A DNA stretch of 63,383 nucleotides, counting the filler, from Choristocarpus tenellus KU-1152 (lineage: Eukaryota > Protista > Phaeophyceae), in NCBI GenBank assembly GCA_964200185.2. It is 6 parts of 6 records of this genome, joined end to end, with 100 filler letters (N's around TTAATTAATTAA, not from the genome) between each part and the next. Parts side by side here need not be neighbours in the genome. Positions count along the whole stretch, not along the records: positions 35,337 to 48,404 come from CAXNAD020001598.1; positions 48,505 to 53,065 come from CAXNAD020014004.1; positions 53,166 to 63,383 come from CAXNAD020003065.1; 3 more parts are not named here. The stretch is one strand, 5' to 3'. Below the pieces are notes generated by a model. That model ran no database searches and was not told the origin of the DNA. It saw nothing but the letters and a program-made list of their open reading frames with translations. Positions 40,255 to 59,426 of this stretch are shown here, piece after piece. The translations under genes were made by a program, and so were the position numbers. Each line of letters begins with the position of its first letter. Position 1 is the first letter of the stretch.

Positions 40255-40615
40255 CAAAGAAGTCTGCACAGGATTTGCAAATCAAGTCCTTGCCATAATA
40301 TTTATGTCTCCCCACTCTTTTCTTTTGGGCTGAGATATTTCTCTTTCTCCTCTTGTTTGAGCCATTGCTGAGCTGAAAATGGGATTGAAATATCGAACTG
40401 AAGGTCAAGGAAAGGATCTCAGTTTTGTTACAAAAAAAAAGTCTGCACATGATTTGCAAATCAAGTCCTTATCATGCCATTAATATCTCCCAGTTCATTT
40501 GTTTCTGTCATGGAGTCTCTCTTTTTCTCCTTTTGTTTGAGCTGTTCCTAAACTAAATATGGGTATACAAATATGGAACGAGAAATGAAGGGAAGGAATT
40601 CAACCTTTTTGTAAC
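40255..40615. repeat. Diverged tandem duplication of a ~180-bp unit
   Basis: aagtctgcaca.gatttgcaaatcaagtcctt...ttctcct.ttgtttgagc at ~40260 and ~40439. Confidence 0.75.
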
Positions 40616-41806
40616 TTAAGACCTAGTGAACACTGTTTCCATGATAGGGCAATGGACTAGATGCAGATTGCTAAAACAGTGATACATGCATACAAGAGCT
40701 TCATTGCAAACGTCCCACTGAGCCCACCTGAACACATACAGGTCTAGACCTTGGAGGCAACTCAGAAAGAGGTGTCTGTCAGCTGTACACAATTGAGTAC
40801 ATAGCGACAGCAGCTGACACTTGAAACTTGCGCAGTGAAAAGGCTGTGTGTGTAGAAACTAACATAATTTACTTGACCACAGTCGACCAGAGGGTCGTGT
40901 TTGGGTATCTCTCCCCTCAAGCTCCTCTGAAATAGCGCCTTAACAAGGACCAGTACAATTGTTGCAAAGATTGAGCCTGGTTGAGCTCAGCATTCCAAAC
41001 AAACTCATTCGTGAACCTCACACGTTACCATCCCATTATCTACGTTGCATACTTTACAACAATCATCGCAGCAACAAATCAAACAAGAAATCGCCGACGT
41101 CGACCAATTTTTCGATTTCTGAAGGACCTAAAGGAGAGGTTGATGGAAGTGTGGGAAAGTATGCTTCTCGCTCCCCAAATGTCTCCCCAGCGAGATTTAA
41201 CCACTGGCAAGCCACAAGGAATTTCAAGCGCCGTTGAATAGCCTTACGCCTCTTCCATCAGGTCTCACCATTGAAATAGACGTTATCATTTTCCCATTGA
41301 ACCACTCTCATCAATGACCCCAGAGGACTCAAGTTAGTTCAGCTTTTAAGATCAAGTGTAACCCAGGCGAGGAGATCGAAATACGGCGTTATCAATCAGC
41401 TCCATGCTAAGCAATCCGCTTGGAGAAAACCTTACCTGGTTTAGAATTGAAAAATAAGGGGCAGAACTGGTTGCTTGTGTTGAATGTGCCTTCAGACTTA
41501 GCGAGCGTGGAACGTACAACACAACCAATTTTACAGCCTGGGGTTCAGGAACGACGTTATAGAGAAGGATGCAGGGTGTGTTGGTTCTATTCATGTGCGT
41601 CAGGCATTGAAGTGAAACATATTGGGTAGGACAGAGGAGGAAGGTGAGATGACTCTTCCAAATATGTAATGGCAGTTTGAATATTGGTTTCGGGGAGGCG
41701 TTACGACATTGTATATTTGAGGGGGAACTGTTAGGAGGATTGCAGGGAGGTTACCACTGTAGCTCCCACTCACCTTTGGGAGGTCTCTGTCACCTTTCGC
41801 ATCAAC

Positions 41807-48404
<6,598 letters not shown>

Positions 48405-48707
48405 NNNNNNNNNNNNNNNNNNNNNNNNNNNNNNNNNNNNNNNNNNNNTTAATTAATTAANNNNNNNNNNNNNNNNNNNNNNNNNNNNNNNNNNNNNNNN
48501 NNNNCCCCCCAGATACTTTGAGCCATACTATGCTGAGATAGAATGTCGTACTCTGGAGTACAGAACAAGTAATGAGTACTGTCCCACCCCACCTCTCCTT
48601 TCATCTCCATGAAAGTGGAGAAAAATTCTGAAAAGAAAAGAGACCACAAGGTATAGTCTTATGACTACCTCTTCAATAGTAATTTTTGGTTAGCTTGCTT
48701 CTGTCAC

Positions 48708-51700
48708 CTGTCAGTGAGGCGGGTCTTTGTCACTGCGGATTTTCCAGCAAGTACCCGCCTTGACTCTTCTTGTTCTGCTTTACTAGCTTTCTGATGTCAG
48801 AAATAGGAAGTACATAGCCAACAAAAAATGTCAGGTATGACCCTCATGTTTAAATGGATAATTGATAGGATGGGCGTTGGGCATTGTTGGAAAGGGGGTG
48901 CACTTATATACAGGATTAGGTATGATCAGAACTTGTATATGGTAGAAAGAAAATGAGAGTTGAAGGATGTGTGTTGGGTACGGCTGGCAACAAGTAGTTG
49001 GGATTTTCTTATGTGTTCTCGTTGGCAAGTGCACAGATGGATAGAACTGTTACCACTTGTCCCACTTCTTGCTAGAAGGTGACAACCCTGTGCAGTCTCC
49101 CCACATACATTTTGTACAATATTGCTCCAGGTTAACATGATTGAGACAAGTAAGGGGCACCTCAAGTGCATTGTCTCTCATGATTGACAGTTGAACGAAG
49201 TCAGAGCGTAGCAGTATCGGTTGTCAATCACACTTAAAATTCATGCATCACATCCAAAACGCTGGCCCTACTTGCCTTCAGCTGTTGAGCTTTGCGCTGA
49301 TATTCCTCCCTTTCTGCTAGCTCTGCTGCCTCCTGTGCTGCCTCAAATACCCGTGCTCGACCTGCGGCTGATGCAGCCATCTCAGCTGCTCGCTCGGCCT
49401 CTTCTGCTGCCTCTATTGCTGCCTTCTCAAAGGCTTGTCTCTGGGCTTCTTTGCGCTGAGCTTCCTCGAGCTCCACCTGTTGTTATGAATTATGGAACAA
49501 GGCTGTCGTCTGAGGTGATCATCTTGTCATACAATCTTGCAAAAGTTTTTGTTTATGACATAAAATCAGCTTTTGGGGACGAAGGGGTTGATGATTGCTT
49601 CCACCTGGAACATGAGATTACTGTGCGAGAAATATGCTGTATAGTGAGGCATGATGGCATGTCACAGGGTTGAAGTAATATGGATTGAGAGAAAGGGAGT
49701 AAATGACAGAGATACAGGAAGGGTGGATACTAATGAACTGTTCATATCACCATGAAAAGATAGTCAAGCCTTTTGATGGGATGAGTTCTAGCGAGCTTGT
49801 GCATGGAATTGTAGGACAAAATTTGTTGAGGGGATGGGTACCTGCTCTGCTAATCTAGCTTGTTCAGCTTTCTCCTCTAGTTCAAGGCGTTCCTCCTCCT
49901 TTCGACGTTCCTGAGGATCATATTTCATGGAAAAATGATGTGAGCTAGTCAAATCTACTGATGAATCTAGAGAGGAAAGAAGGGGAACAGGCCGGCATAA
50001 TGTATATGGAGAAAGAATTGGAGTGAAAGTATATTAGAGGGTACGAGTATTACCCCTTTTGTCTATTTGGGGCTTGACTTCCCATGGAGTTTTTTATGGC
50101 ATTTTACCTACTCTGAAACATTTCGGAGTAGGTAAAATGTATACTTTATGAAAAGGTGTGTCTGGAACAAGGATATTGATACTTCATAACAAACATGATA
50201 GCCAAAATTACATCAAAATTGCTACATTCGGTTTTGGCCCCCAAACGGACGAGGCTCTACCCTCTGAGATAATTTGACACGTTGTGGAAATGGAAGGACT
50301 AATATTTTATACAGTTTAATGAACACATGATCCCTGCGGGCATACACCCAGGAAAGATACTCAACTAGCAACAGAAACACCTTATAACTGCCATGTATTC
50401 AGCACTATGCCTCAACTCGCTGGACCACAGCTAACTACAACCCAAGCCCAGCTCTTAGACTTTTCCCTTTGCAATTATAATTTCCATGCTAGCCATTTCT
50501 TCAACCCTAACCTCCTCAGATAGTGCGGCAGAGTGCATCTCCTCTTGTTTAAGCTGCCTTTTTCGTTCAAGTCGGTCACGTAGTTTGCTCTCCTTTGATT
50601 GGCGCTCAGCACTCATGGTTGCTTCTAGGGCCAAGGACTGCTCACAGAGAGGGTTAACGGCAGGAAAGGGTAATTGCGAAAGACTCCTCAGACCAAAAAT
50701 ATTCAAGAACGCAAAGAAACAATCTCATTCTCATCTTTCTATGGTTCCATATCGCCATTTCATCAAATAGAGGTCATGAAAAGGGTTGAAGGTGCACTTA
50801 ATATTAGGAAAATGGGGTCGAAATATGATAATTAAAGATGTATTATTTCAAGCATAGAGGGGAGCATGGATGAGTGACACCATGCCGTCATCACGTTGTC
50901 TTGTATAGTCGTCAAAAGCATGCAAGCACTTATATAGCAAAAAGCCTACCTGGGCAGGTAGAGCCTACAAGGCCTTATGGCAACTTTCTTATCAACCAAG
51001 AAATACTTGAAAACACCTCAAGAGTTATACTTTGAAGTTTGCAATACCTAAAAGACGACAGAAATTTCTTTGTTACTGCTTGAGCAAGTGGTAATTTTAT
51101 CAAAACAATACTATACCAAAACACAATACAACATTTCCTGGCAACCCTCCTCGTACCCATGCGTGCACCTCATCCTATCTTTTACGCTTGATTTCCAAGA
51201 TCACACACCCTCCCCCCTATCTTTCCCTCTCCCCATAACTATGGACTGCCCTCTTGCGTGCCTGCTCTCTATGTTCCCGCTGCAAGGACTTCAGGCATTC
51301 TTCAGCCTCCATCTTTGTCTGTACAGCCCTCTCTTCCTCTAACATCGCAGCTTCTTTCTGCTGTGCCTCTTCTCGTGTCCGTTGTTCTTTCAGTTTCTTT
51401 CGCTGTTCATCTTCCAAGCGCTCCTATTAGGTTGTAGGGGAAGGCCAACAAAGGGCTGGTTAGAATCAGAATATGCAGATATCTTATGAAGGTGGGGAAA
51501 GGCAACCTTATTTTTTCCAAGATCGCCCTTCTCAAAGGAGCTTCAAGGTTGTATCATATCATTGGGCTGCCCACAGTTGTAATCAATCTCTTACTGCTGC
51601 TCTATTTCATGCATCACAAAAATGATGCAGAAGGCATAAAGTACTTTTGAGGAATGGGCGCTACGAAGTGGGGCAATGCTTTAAAATATTGCGCTCCGAC

Positions 51701-52364
51701 TGCTGCTATGTTTTTGGTACCTGGTCCATGAAGTTAATGTTAGTAATGTATAGACTCTGCAAAATTAATGCAAACAATATGACTGCAGAAGGCTTGTAAA
51801 ACAAAATGCAAGGAACTTGCAAGAGATAGAATAAAAAAACTTGCCATTAGTACAGGCTATCAACTTTTCTGAAAACATGAAGGAAATTTTCGCTATGTAA
51901 TCCTCCATTTCAATATGCTCAAAACTCAAGTGAAACACAGACCTACCGGCCCAAATCGATGTGCGGACTTGTTCTCTTTTTAGTTGAATCTTTTGGATGG
52001 GGACCAATGTCAGCCATCAAATGGTAGTTAAATTGCAGTCATTGAAACTGAAAGGATAAATTTCCTTATACTTTCATATGGGACATAGAATTGAATGATT
52101 CAGGCAATGGGAGTCTGAAAGTCTTACTTCAAGGAAGTCACTTATGGACTACTGGTGTGCCCATCAACTAAAAAAGACTCTATAATTAGACTGGACAGAA
52201 ACCAGGGACATCATGTGGGGTATAGAACACACACTATGCTAAAATAACCACACAAATACACAGATGTGACGATATATATAGCAACATACCCTTTCATTTG
52301 CAAGTCTTGCCTCCAGAGCTGCAAGCTCTGCCGCTTCCTCTTCTTCCAAAGCATTCCTTGCAGC
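48708..52364 (-). CDS. Internal exons of a long charged coiled-coil protein: 52364-52290, 51423-51262, 50637-50512, 49910-49842, 49476-49276, 48790-48708; both ends missing
   Basis: Six exons joined in phase 0 give continuous E/A/K/R/Q-rich sequence (AARNALEEEEAAELAALEARLANER-ERLEDEQRKKLKEQ...-SLALEATMSAERQSKESKLRDRLERK...); two donors are GC rather than GT. Confidence 0.8.
50021..50280. mobile_element. MITE family A, intronic
   Basis: GAGTGAAAGTATATTAGAGGGTA...TACCCTCTGAGATAATTTGACAC; colinear with 29401-29650; flanks ATTG/GTTG. Confidence 0.9.
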
Positions 52365-52976
52365 CTAAGAAGTATATTAGTGATGTAGATAGTTTTTTCC
52401 AGGGGAATGGGGGGTAGGGATGGGCAAAGACGCATATTTAAGAAGTTTGGGTTTGGGGATGGATGTTGTCTCTTTGAGACGAGCTATCCTTCATCAAGCA
52501 GCACAAAGCATTGATACCAAAACATAAAATAGTTGCACGTGGAATGGAGTGACACATAAAATACATGGCATTGAACAGTTATCTGATCCTCATACGATCT
52601 CTACTTCTTCAGGAACATTTTCCAGGACTTGTCAGATGGATATTATGTGACTGGTGACCCTGATCATTCTGCCCATAATCCACCCATTAACCCCAGCCCT
52701 AAAGTTTTGTCCTGTTGAATGTTATTGATATAATAGTGTCATCGTTCCTCTTACTCAAGAACCTGACCTATCGAATCAAAGAGGGAAGTCTGGCCTGTGT
52801 GACCCTGTAGTGATTTTCCTGTCATTTTAGTGAACATTTCAGATGTAAGGCCAATTTTCTTTCCTTTTCCATCCTCCTGCCTGGACTAAACCCCTAAAAA
52901 AAACACCCAATAAACGGGCATCAACCTGGGGTGTGTTGCAACACTGGATAAAGCCCCGACTGGAACTGATCTAAGC

Positions 52977-53014
<38 letters not shown>

Positions 53015-54518
53015 CGCCCCCCCCCCCCCCCCCCCCCCACCAACCGGCGCCCACGTTTTTGTATANNNNNNNNNNNNNNNNNNNNNNNNNNNNNNNNNNN
53101 NNNNNNNNNTTAATTAATTAANNNNNNNNNNNNNNNNNNNNNNNNNNNNNNNNNNNNNNNNNNNNCCGACAACCCCCCCCCAGATAATTTGACCTTGCGC
53201 TAGTTGAGCTCTTTTTCTCCTCAATGCATAGATCACACAGTAGTAAGTCTGTAGCTGCCAACTGGTTGGTCTCCTCTTCTCTTTTCTCCCTTGCAAATCC
53301 TCTGCGAGTTCACTCAGTGCGAACCTCTACTACGCTGTTCATTTCCTCGTGAGACTCATGATGAACAGTGGGTACTATCTAGTAGAGAATCCTCTCCTCT
53401 TGGCCCCCAAATGCAGCTCCTTCTCTAACCCATCCACAGCATTGTGCCCTCCAATATCATGCAACCGATAAAAAAAAATGGCAAAAACAGAAGAAGGGGG
53501 GTACAGACCAATTGTACCACCACCTGGATCATTTGTCTTTTACGATGACTACAAGATTGTAGATCCCACAGTTAAGTAAGGATCCCCACCCTTGCATAGG
53601 AAAGTTCCCACACAAACCACAACAACACAAATGTATAAATAAATGCACATAAAATCCCAAAAAGTGGACAATAGTATTATATTATACCTATTACGAAAAA
53701 AACTGAGAAAACTTGGTTCCAGGATTCATCATCTTCAATGTACAGTATCGAAAATGTCATGCACCGATGCGTAAACGTCACCCACCCATTCATTTACGAA
53801 GGCAATTCTTAGTAGACAGCTGAAAGAAGTGAGAAGAGAAAAAAGAAAGCACGAAAAGAAAAAGAAAAGAGTACTACAAAGACCATGGCAGAGATCGCAC
53901 GAGTATTATTAGTACAAAGGAGGTGTGTCCTTTACAACCTACGTGTGTAGTGCTTTTCATTCTCGAACCCTGTTGCCATGAACGTTGCGCTAGGGGTGTT
54001 CAAGAATATCCCCTTTTTATGGCTTCAAGCAGACTGGTGGTGAAGGCGGTTGCACTATGCTATCAAGCTGCTCCTGAGTTAGCTTGCTATTGACGCTTGT
54101 CCTTATCTGAAGCAAATATCATCGGGAATCAGCTTGCTATCTTGTTTGTCTTTAAGAGGATGTGGTTGAGTATTGAGATCCCCTTGGCTCCCTTCTGGAC
54201 CTTGTTTTTGTGTCACTCTCAAGACCAATTTCATACTCTTGTTAACATCCTCACCCATAGGCAGAGTGTCTTGACAGGCTTTGGAATTCGTCAGGCATGG
54301 GAATGGCGTGTCAGGCAGGAGGCTTAATATATTTGAAGAAAATACTCAAATGGGCCTAGATTGCCATGTTGACCTCCCCTCTACCACAATAGGCTGGCTC
54401 ACGGCAATAAGGTCGAAGTATCAAACTTGTCCCTATCCCCTTCCCCCCTACCTATCTTTCATGTTCGGGTGTTTGCATCCATCCACAAGGAGGCAAGGAT
54501 GAACGTTTTGCCCTTAAA

Positions 54519-55028
54519 GAGCCAAACTGATTTTGAGGGAGGCAGGTTTAGAAACTTTGCATTATAAGCCACCTCTCTTGTGTACAATACACCCTATTTG
54601 ATTGCTCTGTGTGTGTATGGTTGTGCACGCAAAATTGGCGTTCCCCCTTTGCACACTCGAAGTGACACCACAATGCAGCAAAGTCCCTTTCTGCATTTGT
54701 ACAGAGTCAAAGTAAACGAGAGGTACCCAGGGTTCCATATTAATGATGTCGACAAATATTTGTCATTTCGGCTTGTAGAAATGTGTGTAGGGAATTTTCT
54801 GAATTCTGAAAAAAAAATCAACAACAGAAAAATCAACGCTCTCAAGTCAATCTTAGTATTTCATCCATAGAAATAAGGGTGAATTGCAAAAGATAAAAGA
54901 TGTGGCTCAAAATGAAAAAAAGTCAAAACCTCGGTACCGTCATTTACTTTGGGTTGCAAAATGGTGTCTTTCTCCCATTTTTGGGATACTAAGAATGAAA
55001 CCCTGCCAACCTCTCAATTGGCTTCGCT
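54519..55028. mobile_element. MITE family B copy interrupted by a nested family C MITE (54704-54954)
   Basis: Removing 54704-54954 plus one 4-bp flank restores TTGTACAAAATGG, as in the uninterrupted copy at ~55266. Confidence 0.75.
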
Positions 55029-55089
55029 CAAAGTCCACCGTCACGGTTTTGTGTAGGGCGGTCCAGAATTTGTCCTTCTCTACCCTTCA

Positions 55090-55343
55090 GACAAACTAAT
55101 AGAGAAGTGGGCAGGTTTGGGCCCTTCAGCATTCCAAATCATCTTTCTTACCATGTACAATACAACCTACTTCAATGCTTCGTGTGGGCAATAGTGTAAG
55201 CAAAATTGACCTTCCCCTTCCACACATAAAGCGACACCCCCATTAAGCAAAGGCTCTTTCTGCAATTGTACAAAATGGCGTCTTTTACCCTTTATCAGGA
55301 CCCTTTAAGTGCAACCCTGACTACCTCTCAATTGGTTTGGCTC
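55090..55343. mobile_element. MITE family B
   Basis: Colinear with 33674-33850 and the reverse complement of 56565-56850; ends GGTTTGGCTC. Confidence 0.75.
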
Positions 55344-56199
55344 TCTTTCTTATTCACTTTCTCACCTCTCTTTTTAGGCTTGGTTGAGGCATGCCCTATA
55401 ACGAATGTGGCCGCATTATGTGCGCCTGTCAGTAGGACCTGAACCTTCATATATGCCAGTTGGTGTATTTTGCCTTGGCTTTCTTGCCGTGAAATTGACT
55501 TCCTATTATGTTCGCACCTTTCACCTCCATCATGCAAACATGCCAGGTCGCGATTACGGTCTCCTTGTACTAAACTTCTTTTTCAGCATCGACTGTTCCT
55601 CATGCTTCTCTTCCTTCCTTCCCATATTTGTTGCGCGGTCTCTGTGCCAACCCTTCCTTCTTCTGCCACCATGGGGTCAGTCATCCATTACTCGGCTCGT
55701 CATCATTAAAAACTCTGGACCCAATGATTACTTGCGTACCAGCGACATTTGGTAAGGAACTTGGTTTGACCGCATTTCCCACATGTCGGTGTAACCCCCA
55801 CTGGTCAATCCGAACATGCTCACCATGTTACATCGCCAAACTAGTTTCCTGATTATTTAGTGGTAGGTTGTGAGTTGGTACTGGGGTTTCGTTAATATTA
55901 TGACGATAGAACAATTTCAACGATCCATTACAGACACAAGCGGCGATTTTAAAGAACTATAATGAGAAAAAGTAGTTTTGATTTGATCACGAAATCTACA
56001 TCAATTAGTTAGCCTTGTCATAGTCTCGCAACCCCTTATTGCCACTCAAACTCTTTGATAAATTCTGAGTATCCAGTCACTAACAAATTATACCACCAAT
56101 TTCCAAGTATCAGCCAATACATCAAATTTCGACATACCCACTCCCACACCAATCCTCCCAAAACACTCCACCTCCATCCAGACACTCCGCATTCCTCCG

Positions 56200-56390
56200 C
56201 AACATTCCATCTCCATCCACTCCCATACCACGTCTTCGAACTAGAAGACATCTACTCCGCCCGAGCTTGCCCTTCCCCCCCTCCCCAATATTTCCCACAC
56301 AATCGTGAGTAATCAAGATGATGGGTGGGTCGGAAAGATTGCTCGACGGGGGTGCCTTGATCCTGCCCCCTTCATTCTTCCCCAAAAACT
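56200..56390. repeat. Unclassified repeat; inverted copy at ~57490-57660
   Basis: cttcga..tagaagacatctac.ccgcccga.cttg...gggtggg.cgg.aaag.ttgctcg...ggg is shared in reverse complement. Confidence 0.7.
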
Positions 56391-56564
56391 ACCGTTGACC
56401 TTTCATTCTGTCTACCCATCCACAGCCTTTCTCCCCTTCTGCCACCATTTCTCATTAGCTTCTCGATTACTCGTGAGTTTACAGGTCATCCAATCTTAAC
56501 CTCTCATCTACCCTCCCAATCGTTTTCTTCGCTTGCCTCAACATCAGTCTCGATTTCTTGTAAA

Positions 56565-56850
56565 GAGTCAAACCGGCTTAGCTATGCAGGGTTACATTGA
56601 ATGTATTTAAAGAGCGCCCAGAAAGAAGGGCACAAATATGCAATTTTGAACATTTGTAGAAAGAGCCTTCTTCGCTAGATTGTGTGTTACTTTGTGTGTG
56701 GAAGGAGGGTACACCAACTTTGCGTACACATTGTGCACATAATAAAACAAACAATAAAATGCTTCAAATTAAGTATATTACCAAGGGTAAGGACGGTGAC
56801 TTAGCATGTAGAAGGGTCCAAACCTGCCCACTCCTCGATTCGTTTGACTC
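56565..56850. mobile_element. MITE family B, complete
   Basis: TIR GAGTCAAAC / GTTTGACTC; flanks TAAA/TTAA. Confidence 0.8.
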
Positions 56851-57784
56851 TTAACCTTTATGAGCACTCGCGCTCGCAAAACTCAGATTACTTTATATAC
56901 TACTATTCCATTACAGTAACAGTTGGCAGTGCCTAGTACTAACCCTGGTTGCAACAAATAAACACCCGAGATAACAATCTTTCACGTGAAAGAGGTTTTT
57001 CTAGGTGTTTATTGCGCCAATGGAGGTGGCAACAAGTTTTCTTTTTTTCTGAACAGAGGCAGTCTCAGGCTGTGCCTTGCCCTCGGCAGGGAGGGTGTCC
57101 TTGGTCGATTGCAAACAAGCCTCTCAAAACTACACCTTCTCAATGACTTCACGCTTTTTGGGGGTTGAATGCAGCAACCAACATAGTATTTGGTCATGGT
57201 CGATCAGGGGAAGAACTGAGCTTCCAGGCATCCATAGAAACAGTATGTAATATTTGAAAGTATAGACGACGGTAGCAAAAGGGAAAGTTTATGAAGTAAT
57301 CTGAGTTTTTTGTGGGCGGAAGAATTCTGATTGGTTGGGGGCAGGGCAAGGAAGGGGAAAGTAAATAAAAAAAAGTATTAAGGAGGGAACGAAGAGTTAA
57401 GATTGAGTAGTTAAGAAAATAGGTGACAGACGGAGGCACAAGGGGAGAAGGAATGAACAGTATTGAATCAAATGAGGAAACCTGAGGCTGGGGGACAAGA
57501 CGAGGAAGGCTAGATCAAGAGGACCCCCGAGCAAGCTTTCCCGCCCACCCACCCTGTTGCTTGCTCACGACCGACTTGGATCTCAGGGTGGGAAGGGAGG
57601 TCAAGTTCGGGCGGCGTAGATGTCTTCTAACTCGAAGGCACAGTATGAAGGGGATGATGAAGGGGGGTTCTTAGATGATTGTGGAGTGGTGTTGAATGGT
57701 GTGGTGGAGTGGTAAGTGGGGTGGGGTTGACTGAAGTGGTAACTGGTGTGGGGTTGACTGGGGTTGAATAGGGTTAGGGTGGTA

Positions 57785-57940
57785 GACCTAGAAATCAGTG
57801 GCGAAAGGGGTCACACTGGTTGGTCATCGGATAGGGGGGGGCGACTGGAAATCAGGGGCGAAGTGGGGTTCACCCTGGTTGGTCATCAGATATGGGGGTG
57901 ACTAGAAATCAGTGGCGAAGAGGTTGGACTGGTTGGCCAC
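57785..57940. repeat. Minisatellite, ~57-bp unit x ~3
   Basis: ctagaaatcagtggcgaa..gggg..cac.ctggttggtcatc repeated. Confidence 0.8.
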
Positions 57941-59426
57941 AAGGGTTGTTAGAATATAGGGAGAAAAGGGTATAGGGAGGAATACAAGTGTAGTATAAAA
58001 ATAATAATAATAATCCAGAATTCGTGAGCAAAACAAAATGTTCAGGATATATATTTTTGGTCAAGGTAGAAACAGGCATCAATGTAGGAGATGAAGTCTG
58101 CTCTAGACCTGATATGGTTTTGTTCAATCATCTTCGGTTGCCTTCGCTCTTCCCTCATTAGTGTGTGGATGTACTTTTGCCTTCCACCATATTCCTAGCA
58201 GTCCTACCCCGACAAATGCCATCATGTAATTATCTCGCGATGACGGAACCTTCAGCCATGCATCCACCCTGCTGTGTCACACCTCCAATCGACACATAGT
58301 GTAACCAATGATAATTGTTACCCCGAAGTTACTGGATCGCTGACATTTATATATATCGGATTATGAGATCAAGTATTGCACTACTACTGCTCACCATTCA
58401 TGACCAAGATAAGTTTGGTACAAAAGACCTTTCACAGACATTATACATTGTACAGTGCAAGTGCCAATGTTAAAGTTGTGCGAGTACTCGTGTAGGAGGA
58501 ACATGGCACACTCTCTCCATTTCAAGTGATACGTCACTAATTTATTCCGACTGCATTGGTACATATCAGTGTCAGTAATGTTAACATTGACATATCAGAA
58601 GGAGAGGGTCTCAGGAATTTGAGCAACAAGGGGGGGCAGCGTCAGAAAGGACTTCTGTGGATTCATCACAGAAAGGCAGGATTTAGACATTGGAAGGGAC
58701 TGTACCGCCACAAATATAGAAGTCAAAATGTATCAGATATCGAAGATTCAAACTATTTTCTCCACAAGCTTACATCCTGCCATCAATCACTCCCATGACA
58801 CAGACAGATTGTGGTTCCCATGCCAAACTGAACTGTCTGGACCTAACCCAGCAGACTTAGTAGACATGTTAACTGTATCAATACAATAGCTATTGATCAG
58901 TGCAGGAAGAAGTATCAACCTTCGATACTGATATACCAACAACCACAATACAATCATTGCACAAAGACTTCATAGTAGAAAACTGGGTATGACGAATCTT
59001 TTGGGTGTATTATGTGACGACATTATCGAGAAAATACCACTCAATCAATCACTGGAAGTCCACAAATAGCTTTGGTGTAGGTTGAAAACACATTTGGGTA
59101 CATTTGCTTTTTTTTGTGATAAGCAAGGTCAGAATCAGTACTCCTTCCCTGTACAAAGCTTATATAGACAGTTCTGTGCAATCCAAAATATCCACAGAAA
59201 AATCAAGGAGACCAACTAATATGTTCACTATTCACATATTGTCGATGTTCAGAGAAAAATATAAGAAATTTTAAAGTGTTGTCATTATATTTTCAGAGAA
59301 GACATTCACTTCCCTCACGAACTATGTTTTTGTCACTTATATTATTATTTAATTAGTCACCAGGAAGAACCAACACCACACTGCACATTGCCGATGGCTA
59401 TCAAGGTTTCTCCACTCAGAAAATCT

